NCBI GenBank assembly: GCA_002269645.1
Contig: NIVC01000119.1
Span: forward strand, 173,323-237,322
Source: Macrostomum lignano
Taxonomy: Eukaryota
Direction of reading: 5' to 3'
Length of the DNA: 64,000 nt
Shown here: piece by piece, positions 1 through 22,149 of the stretch
Position numbering within the stretch: the first letter of the stretch is position 1
Layout of the letters: every line of letters starts with the position of its first letter
The notes under the pieces: model-generated
What the model was told of the DNA's origin: nothing
The model's input: only the letters and a program-made list of their open reading frames with translations
The model's database searches: none
Translations under genes and position numbers: made by a program

Positions 1-9594
<9,594 letters not shown>

Positions 9595-10029
9595 CCTCTC
9601 TTTGATGATTTTCAAAGAGTTTCGGACTATCTTACTTACACAAGTAACTTTGCATACAATTTTTTCTAAGCTTTCTCTCGTAGTTCAATTATTAACATTT
9701 TTCACCATAGAAACAAAATTATACAATAAAACTAAAAAATCGCAACTTTTTACATAAGTCTTTTAGTTTATTTTATTCAAGAATAAAATAAGAAACATTG
9801 CAAAAGCTTTTAATCCTAGCAGGATGTTTCTTTTGTTTTATCTTTTATTGACTATAATTAAATAAGCCGGTGCTTTGTTCAGACCTGAATAAAAAAGTTA
9901 TGAAAAAAGTTTGGCGAAAAATACTTTCGATGTCCAACCAATGAGTAAAGAGTTTTAGAAAAAATTGTGCTATTCTTCATTTTCTGTTTTTGTTGTGTTG
10001 TTAGCACGATCATATTATCCGTTGACAGT

Positions 10030-10289
10030 GGGCCTTTTCATATTGCTTGCTCTGGTTCCAGAACCAGAACCAATTTGTGAAGTATAACTTTTTGTCTCCA
10101 TAACTAGAGGGAGATACGTGCTATAAAGTTTTTATTATTGAATGACAATCGCCAAGAAGAAAGTGAAAAATTGTGCTAAGTTAGGTTGTTAAGGCAGTCA
10201 AATATTAACAGAGTTTAATAGTTATACTGCTGTTTTTCTTGGAATTCCGAACCGATTCTGGTTCTGGAATTGGTAATATGAAAAGGCCC
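10030..10289. mobile_element. 260-bp MITE, PIF/Harbinger-like
   Basis: Perfect 15-bp TIR GGGCCTTTTCATATT / AATATGAAAAGGCCC, with a 3-bp TSD AGT at 10027-10029 and 10290-10292. Confidence 0.8.
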
Positions 10290-13200
10290 AGTGATCCACT
10301 TTATATCGGTCATCATTTTTACGCAACGTTTATACGCAACGCCTGGCTTTATAATTATATTATAGGCCTAGGCCTAAGCCCCTAACTAAAATTATAGTTC
10401 GAATATTTTCTATTCTTCGACCACTATTGTTTTGTCTATTGATAGGGATAGGCCTAGTAAAACAATACATAAATTTAAAAGCATATCTCGACAAGATTAT
10501 CAGAATATGAGGAGAGTGGCCAAATCTATGACAGCTGACAGCATAGCATAGGCTAGGGCCCTACATAGGCTTTTAAATGTTTATGCCTTTATAATTGGAC
10601 ATTGGCTTCTTTCATGGGCCTAGCAGTGATGCAAACTAAACTACTAAACAGGTTTATTAGGCCTAAATTAGTTGTCCTAGTATATGGCTATCAGGCCATG
10701 TTTATTTGAGGCCTAGGCCTATTAGGTATATATTATAACTGAAAGAACCCTAAAGACTAGGCCTAGCCACCTAGTCTAAGCCAGAGCCAGGCCTATATTA
10801 GGCCCTAGTATTACTAGGCCTAGGGGCCTAATTAAGCACTATGTCAATGACTATTTGCTTAATAGGCCTATGTCATAGTCTATATAATATAGAATGGCTA
10901 GGCCTAGGCCCTTATATATTATATATTCGGTCTATAGTATTATTTAGGCTTATTTTTCCTGGACTTAATTATAATGTATAAATTATAATATATTAGGCCT
11001 ACTAATAATAATATTATAAAGATTAGCTTTGTCTTGTTTAGGCCTAGTATTATTTTTTAATTTTATTGAATATATAAAAATCTATACAATTTTAGGTCAT
11101 TGGTTAGATTGTCATATTCTATTTTGTCATATTGGATGACAAAGTGACCAGAAGCAAAGAAGCTTGAAAAATAATATGACAAAGTGACCAAATATTTAGT
11201 TATACTATATATTTTGTCATTAACCAAGCAATCTATACAAGATTCAAGTTAGTATAAAACTTTTTTTTGTTTTTATTAATTATAAGCTGCAGCAAGCAAA
11301 ACCAATCAATCAACAACTTTTATCAATCACAATGACAAAATGACTGGGATCATTACAATTATAAGTAAATATATTTAATTGCCACATTAATTCACTTAGA
11401 AGTTGGAACTAATATGATTGATAGATGACAAAATGACTTTCTTTAGGTAGGCCTAGTGCATGCTAATTATTATAATTAAGATGACAAACTGACCCCAATT
11501 GAGGTAAGCATCTTAGACACCCTAGATGACAAAATGACTTGGAACCCAATTTTAGGCCTAGGCTAAGGCTTAGGTAAGCCAAGTGCCAAATAGGAAAAGT
11601 AGCTGCTTTGCTTTCCCAATGTCAATGACATTGAGTTTGGAAGCCCTATTAAAATAAGTGGACAAAAGGCATCTAATTGTCATTCACAAATTTTGGAATT
11701 TTTTTATATTATGTCACAACTAGAGTCAAAGCAAATAGTGTCGCAAAGTAATATAGTTTTTGGTAAACAACAAGAGTAACTATGAATATATCATTAAGGC
11801 TAAATATCTTACCAAGCCAGTTGGGCCAAAGAGCCTATCAATTTTGCCCTACAGCAAGATACTATAAGGGCTGAAATGCATCCAGAATGAATACTGGAGC
11901 AAATCTATTTTGCATGGCAAGAAGACTGTACCAAAGCAAGCATGCTAAGACATGCCAATTAAGGAGCTACCATGGCTAGCTTAAAGTACTGCATGATTAG
12001 GAATTTGAAGGATAGTGTCCTTGAGATAGTGTCCGCCAAGTAAAAATTATGGCTGAAAACTAGCAAACTGTACTGGCACAACAGAGCAGACAGTTCAATT
12101 TCAAGAAATTTACAATAGGGTAGATCATCATTTGAGGTGCATAAGAAGAAATTACTGATAAGCATGTCAGCCTTTGAAACAAGGAGAGATATCAGCACTC
12201 AAATGCTGATATTCTATCCTGCATGAATGGCTATATAGGTTGCAGCATAAAAGTGTGGCATATGCCTGCTGCATGGCCCATGGCATGGCCACATGAAAAA
12301 GTGTATAGTAAAATGAGGGATAGAACTAAAGACCTTTCATCCTCTCTCCCTGCAAAGCTAAATATACTCAATCATTGGTCTAAGAGTCTGCACTGTTCTT
12401 TCCACTATGGGCCTGAGCTTGGCCATAGGCTTGAGGCTGCAGAAAATTTAGCCCAAGCATTAAAATCAGTCATTTGTGTTCAATTATTTGCTTTTTAGAG
12501 AGACAAAAGGTAGTTGTTATCTATAAACTAGAAAAGAGTTAAAGTCTGAAAATTTATAGGGTTAATTAAATGACTATAAATTAGTAGTTTTTATTTTAAC
12601 CTCTGCTAGGCCAAAAAGTGTATTAAGGTTTCTAAATCATAGGATAAATTAGTTTGATTAAAACTAAAAAGCTTTAGCTCATATAATTTAAACAAAAATG
12701 GTTGAGTTGATTTTTAGCAAATTACTTTTTTGTCATACCCATCAAAGCATATTGACTCAGTTTTTCAAATATTTATTTTTATTCTATTTACTAGAGCTAC
12801 TAGCTAATATTAAAGGCATTTAATTCAAGTTTCAATACTATAACTAAAACATGTTTTTTACTTTATAAGCTTAAGTTGCTTAAAAAGTCCTTTAATTATT
12901 GCCTTGCTTGGTTCTCCCCTATCTAAGTCTAATTTTTTTCACTTGCCAATACCAGCTTCTTGGTGTCATAAGCAGAATGGTGGATCATTTATGTATGTGA
13001 GTTATTTGGTCTCCACTTTATAAGAGTTAATAGGCCCTTGTCATGATACATTGAGTGTAGAAACTTTAGGTATATACATACATGCGCGTTAGTCCGCTGA
13101 GTTGGCCAATCCGGCCAACCGATTTGGTGGCCAATCAAGGTAAGTTGCAAAAATGCCCACCCGAATAAACACCAAAGTAGTACTATGTAGATAATGAGGC

Positions 13201-13412
13201 ATTTTGCTTTAATGAGACAGTCATAGTTACTCCTGCCATTTACCTAAGTTGCGTTAATTTTGCTTTAGGGTTTCTTTTACATGTAAGTCACATTTTTGGC
13301 CAAAAACTACATTGAATTTTTTGTTCAAACTAAGTTTCATGGCTGACCACATTTTGGAGGTTGTGCATGTATGGGTATATACCATAGACTTTTATTTTAT
13401 TAGCATTTAAAA

Positions 13413-13565
13413 GGGGATTGCAGCCTAGTGGTTAATGTTGGACTTGAAACTTAAAGTTTAGGGGTTTGATTCTCAACCCATTTGATACAATTTGTGTACT
13501 TAAGGAGGACATTTAATATTGCATTGCTTTAATTCACCCAGCTGTAAAATGGATAGTTGGGATAG
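13413..13565 (+). mobile_element. Degenerate tRNA-derived SINE (head plus core)
   Basis: A-box-like GCCTAGTGGTTAA and B-box-like GGTTTGATTCT, followed by TGCATTGCTTTAATTCACCCAGCTGTAAAATGG, a core shared with the copies at 18240 and 53995. Confidence 0.6.
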
Positions 13566-14629
13566 TTGAGAGTATATAGCAATGCCCTAGTCCTTAGACT
13601 AAATAGCCATATGTAGCCTTCATCTTCAGATGAGCCATTTAATAGCTGTGGCTGAGCTGATAGTTGCATATCTAGACCAATTAGGGTAGGTATAATCAAT
13701 TATTATTATTATTATTATTAATTTTATGATTAGAATTTAAGCTAATAAAACTTCTTTTGAACAATTTTGGTCACAAAAATATTTTATGTCATATATAGCT
13801 TACCATTTAATGCTTTATTGCACAAACAAAACTATGTTGCTTTAAAATAACTGCTAACTCTGAACCTAATAAGTAAACTATGTATTAGCTCTCATATGCA
13901 CATTCATGTTTTTTAGCATGTTTTTCGAGTATTTAATGCCTTTAACATTGAGCGATTTCTAAGCCAAGACACATGTACCGTCACGGGAAAATTCCTGATC
14001 GAACAGTGCAAGTCTCATGAAAATCGGTTAAGCCATTTTTTCTCTAATCGATTACAAGCAAGCAAGATTTTAATTTTTAGTATATAGGAAGGAATAGGAT
14101 GCACATTCATATATAAAATCCAAACAATGCTAGCAAGAGAGAATTGTTCTAAAGAATCAATGGGGGAGCTACAAGATAGAACATAGACAATTTCCAATCA
14201 ATACCATCATCCTTGGATACTAGCACTTCCTAGCCATACCAATGCTGTGCCCCTTGGATCTCTTTAATAGATGCAACAATCAAAAGATATGAACAATAGT
14301 GTAAAACAAACAATAGTGAGAGCAGCTGGGGTGACAAGGTGATGATGCTAAAAGTCAATGCATAAGGATGCAACAAATGTCACATGGGGTTGCAGAAAAA
14401 ATCATATTAGTCACAACTGATCTGTATCATTGTGAATAGTGTTCAGAAGGCCACCAGATACAGCTGATTTTGTGGCAGCCATGGTTTTCAGGCGGGGTTT
14501 TCATAGGCAATTGCTGTCTTCGGGGTTGATCTTCTTCCTCAGAATCAGCATCAGCTCATCTCCATTACTCGTAATCACCTGCGAGGTTCTAATGGGTAGG
14601 GTCGAATGTGAGACATTTACCATCTTTGA

Positions 14630-14900
14630 TTGAGAAAGCAATCACATTGTAACTGCAGCCCAGTGTTGCGCATCTTACTGTCCGAGAGCACAAAGTTTTA
14701 CAACTTGAGACAGCATGAGAATGAGACACGGTACTCTGATTTCCTGACAAAACTCACTAAGGCTGCTCGCTTCTGTAAATTTGATGTCTTAAAGAATGCT
14801 CGAAGGCCCAGAAGAAGAATTGGTTAAGTTTGCACTGGTTGCAACAGATAGTCCTCAAAGTAGACAAAAGAAAGAAAGAAGTCAGCATTGTAGATATTTT
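14630..14900 (+). pseudogene. Possible degraded Ty3/Gypsy gag remnant
   Basis: FYNLRQHENETRYSDFLTKLTKAARFCKF fits the retrotransposon gag pattern F..R.Q...E....F...L...A..C.F. Stops and shifts surround it; no LTR found. Confidence 0.4.
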
Positions 14901-16056
14901 AATCACGCAATCCAAATGGGAAAGTAAAGAACTTCGTGGCAGATCAAATTTCAATCGTGAAGTCTGCTAACTACGCTCGTAGCTCGTTAAAGGTGCAATA
15001 TTGAAAAGAGGATGTTTTTAATTTATTGGGAGGGGCACAAAGTAATAAAAGTGGTGAGAACATGAATTTTTTTGAAAGGTATTGCATGCATGAAAGAATT
15101 TCTAGGAATCAAATTTACTCATCTCATACTCATCTGATTGCTTTAACTAGGAATTGTGCCGTTTCACAGCATCTCTACTTCATCTGACTGATGCTTAATT
15201 AGTGCTGTGGATTGTAAGGTGTGTTGTAGTAAATTGGCAATCGAAGACAGTCAGCAGAATTTCGGGACTCCACTAGTACTCGTGGATATCGCGACTAGAA
15301 AAAAAAGCGATAGCACACTTTAAATGATGAGTCACAAATCGCTAATGAGAGCTGAGCTCTTCAAGCCATATCAAGCTCATGGTGTGTCAAGTCCACCCGG
15401 TCTCACTAATTCCCATTTACAGTTTCTGACACCACAGCAACCAAGCTCAGTATTTTTACATAAGATGATCGATTGACTCTGAAATGTATGAAGTATCGAA
15501 TATATTTTCCCCTTAAAAACGCTACCGAGACAAGAATCGCTAAAGAATCATAGCAAACAACTCACTACTCATACAACTAAGAGGCAACTGTTGAGTCACG
15601 TGAGTTGCAGAATTGTAAAAAAGAGTCGCTGTGTTAGCGCTTAACTTTCTACTAACTCAAGTAGACTTAAATAGAGTTGTTATAAATGCGAAAGTCGATT
15701 CTAATTAGGCGACGCAGATGCACTTTAGACGCAACTCAGTGACTACAGCGACTCTGGCACGCCTCAGATCTGACTCTACGGCCCCAGAGTCGTTTCAGAG
15801 TCTCAGACAATAAAACGCCTCAAATTGACTCTTAGGCGACTTGTACCGTGACATCCAGAGTCACTTCTTTCCTATTTTACCTGTGTTACCTACAACGATT
15901 ATGGGACGCTGAAATTTGCCTGTTTTCAGGTTTGTTATCTGTCTTATTAATATGTATATAAATAATTATTAACAATTCCAGTTTGCATCCCCTTCCCCTG
16001 CATGCTTGCGACAAAGTTCATTAAATAATTTTAAATAATCAAAACAATTTCACCTG

Positions 16057-17992
16057 ATGGCTAGCGGCTCCGGCAGTAGCTCTTTTGAAAAGACTCAAGA
16101 TTTTAAGAAATTCCTATCCCAAAGTCGCAGCGATTGGGACCCAGAATTTGCGCCAAATGCTCCACTACCGGCGTCATGTTTGGCCCGGGTGAAAAATGAA
16201 CTAGTGTCAATCTTTAACGATCCCATTCCTGGGATATTTGTTGTGCAAGACGACGCCGATTTGGGAAAAGTGCACGCTCTGCTAACTGGCCCATTTGAGA
16301 CGCCGTATGAAGGCGGTTTCTTCTACATTATCATGCGAGTGCCGCCGCAGTATCCCAATCAGCCGCCAAGGGCTCGTCTAGTTACCACTGGCAATGGTCA
16401 GGTGCGATTCAATCCGAATCTGTACAAGAATGGCAAGATTTGTTTGAGCATACTGGGCACCTGGCAGGGACCGGGTTGGACGCCTGTAATGAGCCTGCGT
16501 AGCGTCCTGCTATCCATTCAGACTTTGCTTAACGAGCGGCCGTATCACAATGAGCCAGGCTTTGAGGTGAGTTATTGATTGATTGAGAATTATACAACTT
16601 GCTGTGATTAGTATAGTGCTTGAGCTTGAGCTAACTGGTTAGTCTTCCAGATCCTCATCTGCTGGGCCAGCCTCTCAGATCCTCAGTTGCTAGGCCAGCC
16701 TCCCAGATCCTCAGTTGCTGGGCCAGCCTCTCAGATCCCCAGTTGCTGGGCCAGCCTCCCAGAGTGTCAGTTGCTGGGCCAGCCTCTCAGATCCCCAGTT
16801 GCTGGGCCAGCCTCCCAGAGTGTCAGTTGCTGGGCCAGCCTCCCAGATCCTCAGTTGCTGGGCCAGTCTCCCAGATCCTCAGTTGCTGGGCCAGCCTCCC
16901 AGAGTGTCAGTTGCTGGGCCAGCCTCTCAGATCCTCAGTTGCTGGGCCAACCTCTCAGAGTGTCAGTTGCTGGGCGAGCCTCTCAGATCCTCAGTTGCTG
17001 GGCCAGCCTCTCAGATCCTCAGTTGCTAGGCCAGCCTCCCAGATCCTCAGTTGCTGGGCCAGCCTCCCAGATCCTCAGTTGCTGGGCCAGCCTCCCAGAT
17101 CCTCAGTTGCTGGGCCAGCCTCCCAGGTCCACATTGCATTGCTACATCAATGAATTGCCCAGGTGGAGCGTCAGCAGGGAGACGCCCAGGCCTACAATGA
17201 CATTATCACGCACGAGACGATTCGAGCCGCAGTCTGCGACATGCTCGAACGCCGGGTTAGCAACCTACCGAAGCCGTTTTATCAGGTGCGCACCTTTACC
17301 TTGACTTGTCCGTTAGCTCTATTGAATTGAGCTCTTCTGAATTGAGTAGATTGAAACACAATCTCCTGATACGTTTATGAAATTTCCTAGTCCATTCACA
17401 ACATCCTGCTGCCTTCACACAATCCCCGGTTACCTCACCGCAATCTTTTGGTCTGTTCACACAATCTTATGATACTCGTACATTCACACAGCTTCTTATG
17501 CGTTCACACGACCTCCTGGTGAATTCACACAATCTGATATACGTTTCCACAATCTCCTGGACCATTCACACAATCTCTCGATGCGTCCACATAACCTGAT
17601 GTATTCACACAGTTTTCTAAAGCATACACACGATCTCCGGTTACCTTCCCGCAATCTCACTGGTCCGTTCACACAAGCCCCAATCAGATTCACAGTCCCC
17701 ATAATCTATTCAGCCAATAGTCCAAGTCCAACCATACCATCACCCTAACAATGCTCGCCAGGTGATGCAGGACAATTTCCCAGACTATTATCAGCACTAC
17801 ACTGAGATCTGCCGACGCAACCAAGCCAAAGACGGCACACAGATGCGCGACCCGTTTGGCGACAGTCGGCCGAAATTTAATTACACAAATCTGCTGGCCC
17901 GTCTGGAGGCAATCTATAAGAGCTGTGTCTCGTCATCCACTGCAGCAGCGGCTGGCGGGTCTGGCAGCAACAGTGGAACCATCGGTCACTAA
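16057..17992 (+). CDS. UBE2Z: Ubiquitin-conjugating enzyme E2 Z (USE1), 287 aa
   Basis: Exons 16057-16566, 17163-17285, 17762-17992, all phase 0. UBC core [12 protein letters not shown] and [20 protein letters not shown] (catalytic Cys). UBE2Z-type C-terminus [33 protein letters not shown]. Confidence 0.92.
16645..17127. repeat. 28-bp minisatellite (CTCAGTTGCTGGGCCAGCCTCCCAGATC) in UBE2Z intron 1
   Basis: About 17 tandem units, period 28 checked. Confidence 0.93.
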
Positions 17993-18239
17993 GACCTTCT
18001 TCAGGTGACAAGTAATTCTTCAAGTCATTAACATAATATAACCTGTGTTGTTGTTGTTTGTAAACTAGTAGCACTGTTAGTAGTATGAGAATCTACCTTT
18101 GTCTAGATAGATTTTTATTGCATTCCCTAATATTTAATAGGTTTGAAGTTATTGAATAGTGGGAAATCTTATTTTTTCATATATGACCATAGAAACTGTA
18201 ATAGGAGTAATTATTATTGATTACACCTGCCCCAATGGC

Positions 18240-18418
18240 CTGATGTGAAACCGACATCTCAGCCGCAGTTATTTGCGCGGCACATCAGAAGGCTGCGTAC
18301 GGCTGTTCAGTCCAATGACTGGGGAGGGTGGGGGTCGCCACACACTCTCTCAATTACCCCAGCTAATGCTGGCACCCATTTTACAGCTGGGTGAACTGAA
18401 GCAATGCAGAGTTACCAT
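18240..18418 (-). mobile_element. SINE body, same family as 53995-54245
   Basis: The reverse complement (CTCTGCATTGCTTCAGTTCACCCAGCTGTAAAATGGGTGCCAGCATTAGCTGGGGTAATTGAG...TGAACAGCCGTACGCAG...CTGCGGCTGAG) aligns by eye with 54065-54240. Confidence 0.8.
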
Positions 18419-19292
18419 AGGCCGAATATGCAAGCACCACTTCTTGCTAAATTAATATCAATAGTTGTAAAAAGACAAGACTTTCCGCCTCTGAATGACT
18501 CCAAAACAATCTAGTGCATTATATGTCAAAGTAAATTGAGTTACATCAGAGACCTTTCAAATCTATAAGCAGTTGCAGATTAAATTACGGGACTATGCTA
18601 CTTAAATCAACTCGTTATTATTGTGCGTATTCCTGCACATAAATGCGAAAATACTGTTATAACAAATATTGGTTTTTAATAAATCTCTCAAACTCGCTTC
18701 TGTATGAATAATTAACCCCCTGGCACCTAAGTATGCTGTGTCCGTGTCTTTTAGTAAGTTTTTTGGATAAAAGAGAAACTTATAGGTAGGTACACCTATA
18801 TAATCATCCCGTTTCGTTTTGCTATTTGAAAAACAATAATAACCTTGCCCTAAATAAACTTTGCACCTAATCTTCATTTACGTTATCTTAACTAAGTCTA
18901 AGTCTGCTTATACTGTGTCTGTTTTAATAAGATCAAGTTAAAAAACAATTAAAAAAACTAACTGTGTTTTGTCTTTCACATTTTGTTTCTGTTACGTAAT
19001 ATTAGGCTACCTTATTAATAAGTTGCTGTAATAATCAATATTTTTTTCTTTGTTAACAATGTAAGTAGTGCATAAGTAGTCTGTTTAGCGTATAGAAAGA
19101 TGAACTGAAATGAACTGATAATAAAGTACCTAAGTAGTAATACGTTAGGCAGTGCGTTGTTAATTGTGCTCTCTATTGTCCACCTGCACCTTAACTATGC
19201 ATAGTTTAATTATATTCCCGCTTTTTGGTGTCTCCAGGTAGCTCTGGTGACATTTCTATATTTTTGTGTAATGCTGATGCCCACAAAAAACT

Positions 19293-19296
<4 letters not shown>

Positions 19297-19340
<44 letters not shown>

Positions 19341-19830
19341 CCTTCTCTCTCCTCTACCCTCCTCTCTCTCTCCTCTACCCTCCTCTCTCCTCTACACTCC
19401 TCTCTCCTCTACCTTCCTCCCTCTCTCCTCTACCCTCCTCTCTCCTCTACCGTCCTCTCCCTCCTCTACCTTCCTCTCTCCTCTACCTTCCTCTCTCCTC
19501 TACCTTCCTCCCTCTCTCCTCTACCCTCCTCTCTCTCCTCTACCATCCTCTCTCTTCTGCCCTCCTCTCTCCTCTACCATCCTCTCACGTCTGACCCTCC
19601 TCTCTCCTCTACCTTCCTCCCTCTATCCTCTACCCTCCTCTCTCTACCCTCCTCTCTCCTCTACCTTCCTCCCTCTCTCCTCTACCCTCCTCTCTCTCCT
19701 CTACCATCCTCTCACGTCTGACCCTCCTCTCTCCCTCTACCCTCCTCTCTCTACCCTCCTCTCTCCCTTCACCCTCTTCTCTCTCCTCTATCCTCCTCTC
19801 TCTCTCTTCCCTTATCTCTCCCTCACTACC
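19297..19830. repeat. (CT)n and CT-rich low-complexity tract
   Basis: Seen directly. Confidence 0.92.
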
Positions 19831-20364
19831 CTAATTCTCATCAGCTATCAGTTTCACTCAAATCACATCGCTTAAATTCTCTCTCTGTCCCAATGCCAAT
19901 CAGCGGGAATCTCTTCTTACTTCTTAATTATATTGCCAGCACTTTTTTTTCAAGTACAGCAGTATGTCATGTACTTTTTATCAAGCAGCCTGTATTAGTA
20001 GCGTTTGTCCGTAACTATCTTGTAGGTTTGTTGCCATTAAAAAAACAAACCGTTTTCCCGCTATTGCGTCACGATGCTCTGCAGCGAGAATTCAGTTAGT
20101 TGTATGCTTTTTTTAGTTTCTCTGGCATCACTTTTTTGTTGTTACTTTGTCTCTTCAAGTGTTTGTAAGCGCTCTTTCTTGCTGTTTTAATTCGAAACTA
20201 AAATGCTTGCTACATTGTCCAGTTAGGGTCCTACGACAACTGACTGCTGCTGCAAATTTATTGCCCAAACTAACTTTAACCTAATCCTAATTCCTAAACC
20301 CTGTAACCATAACTAACGACCTAAACATACCCGCTTAACGTTAACCCAAAGCTACTGTAACTAT

Positions 20365-21118
20365 CCTAAACCTAAAACCCATCCTAAAAACCAATCGAAA
20401 CCCTATCCTAAACCCCAACCTAAACCCTATCCTAAACCCCAACCTAAACCCTATCCTAAACCCCAACCTAAACCCTATCCTAAACATTAACCTAATCCCT
20501 ATCCTAGACAATAATCTAATCCCTATCCTAAACATTAACCTAAACCCTATCCTAAACATTAACCTAAACCCTATCCTAAACACCAACCTAAACCCTATCC
20601 TAAACACCAACCTAAACCCTATCCTAAACACCAACCTAAACCCTATCCTAAATACCAACCTAATCCCTTTCCTAAACCCCAACCTAAACCCTATCCTAAA
20701 CATTAACCTAATCCCTATCCTAGACATTAACCTAAACCCTATCCTAAACATCAACCTAAACCCTATCCTAAACATCAACCTAAACCCTATCCTAAACACC
20801 AACCTAAACCCTATCCTAAACACCAACCTAAACCCTATCCTAAACACCAACCTAAACCCTATCCTAAACACCAACCTAAACCCTATCCTAAACACCAACC
20901 TAAACCCTATCCTAAACACCAACCTAAACCCTATCCTACTAAATACCAACCTAATCCCTTTCCTAAACATTAACCTAAACCCTATCCTAAACATTAACCT
21001 AAACCCTATCCTAAACATTAACCTAAACCCTATCCTAAACACCAACCTAAACCCTATCCTAGACATTAACCTAAACCCTCTATCCTAACCTAAACATTAA
21101 CCTAAACCCCAACCTAAA
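20365..21118. repeat. 24-bp telomere-motif-like minisatellite (CTAAACCCTATCCTAAACACCAAC)
   Basis: About 30 units, each containing CTAAACCCTA. Confidence 0.9.
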
Positions 21119-21689
21119 AGGTAGGCAGGAAGTCATATGTCTGGCAGTGAATTGCCGTGCTCCAGTCCCGTTAATAATATACAGGTACGAGCGTAAAATA
21201 AAAATTATAGGTATTTGTTCTAATGCTGTTTGTTTTAGATTTAGCGTTGCTAAATAATTAGGAGCTTGTAAAAAATTGATAAGAATTTATATTTATTATT
21301 CAAATATATTTGCCCCTTATACAAGAATGTATCTATTATCATGCTCTGTTGAATACTTCGAATTTAATACAATGTTTGAAGAGTTGATTAAAGTTTATAC
21401 AGTAATATGTTCTTCTGTAGCAACTGAAAACTATATAGTGTTTTTAGTCTTGGTAAATAAGATAATGTAAGTCTGCAAAAATCAACACTTACATAATTAT
21501 ATAGTCCTTAAATACATGTAGTACTACGAGTAAAGCTAGTTAATAATTACTAATCTAATAACTGTATAAGCCATGTTTGTTATTTATGTTACAATTATTA
21601 ATTCAGTTGGAATTTTTGTTAGACTTACCGTAGGCGGGCCACTTACACACCTGCTGTGCTGCCATATTAACACTGAAGCAGTGTTTCAA

Positions 21690-21831
21690 TTGAAATGCTT
21701 GTCACCCTGCATTTCACAACTATCACCCTGCATACATTTATTACTACTATCACTCTGCATCTCACTACTATTACCCTGCATCTCACTAATATCACCCTGC
21801 GTCTCACTACTATCACCCTGGATCTCACTAC
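21690..21831. repeat. 21-bp minisatellite (CATCTCACTACTATCACCCTG), left arm, split by the Gypsy insertion
   Basis: The same unit resumes at 26844. Confidence 0.85.
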
Positions 21832-22041
21832 TGTAAGAGGCGATAATTTAGAGTAAGTTTACGAAGTATATTTTGATGCACGATAATTTACGAGCGATTA
21901 AATAGTCAGCGATGATAGATCGATTAAAGTGACTCACCCAACTGGGGTGGTGGGAATGTACAGAGAAGAAAGCGAGATGCAAGTACATATACTAATAGAG
22001 CAGCCCCCACCCCGACGGCCCAAACCAAACGCAACCCTACA
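21832..22041 (-). repeat. 3' LTR of the Gypsy element
   Basis: Direct repeat of 26635-26843, preceded on minus by the PPT GGGGGAGAGTGA (22042-22053). Confidence 0.95.
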
Positions 22042-22149
22042 TCACTCTCCCCCAAGAAAAATACATGGGATAAAAAAACGGGATAAAACAAAAGCAAACA
22101 AAAAAAGTTCATGCAACGCGAAAAAAGTCCTGATCAGAAAGAAAGTACG

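Noticed and set aside
11820-12500. Possible hAT transposase relic (GHRLEAA)
   Set aside because: Only a vague motif in a heavily mutated region; no catalytic pattern recoverable.
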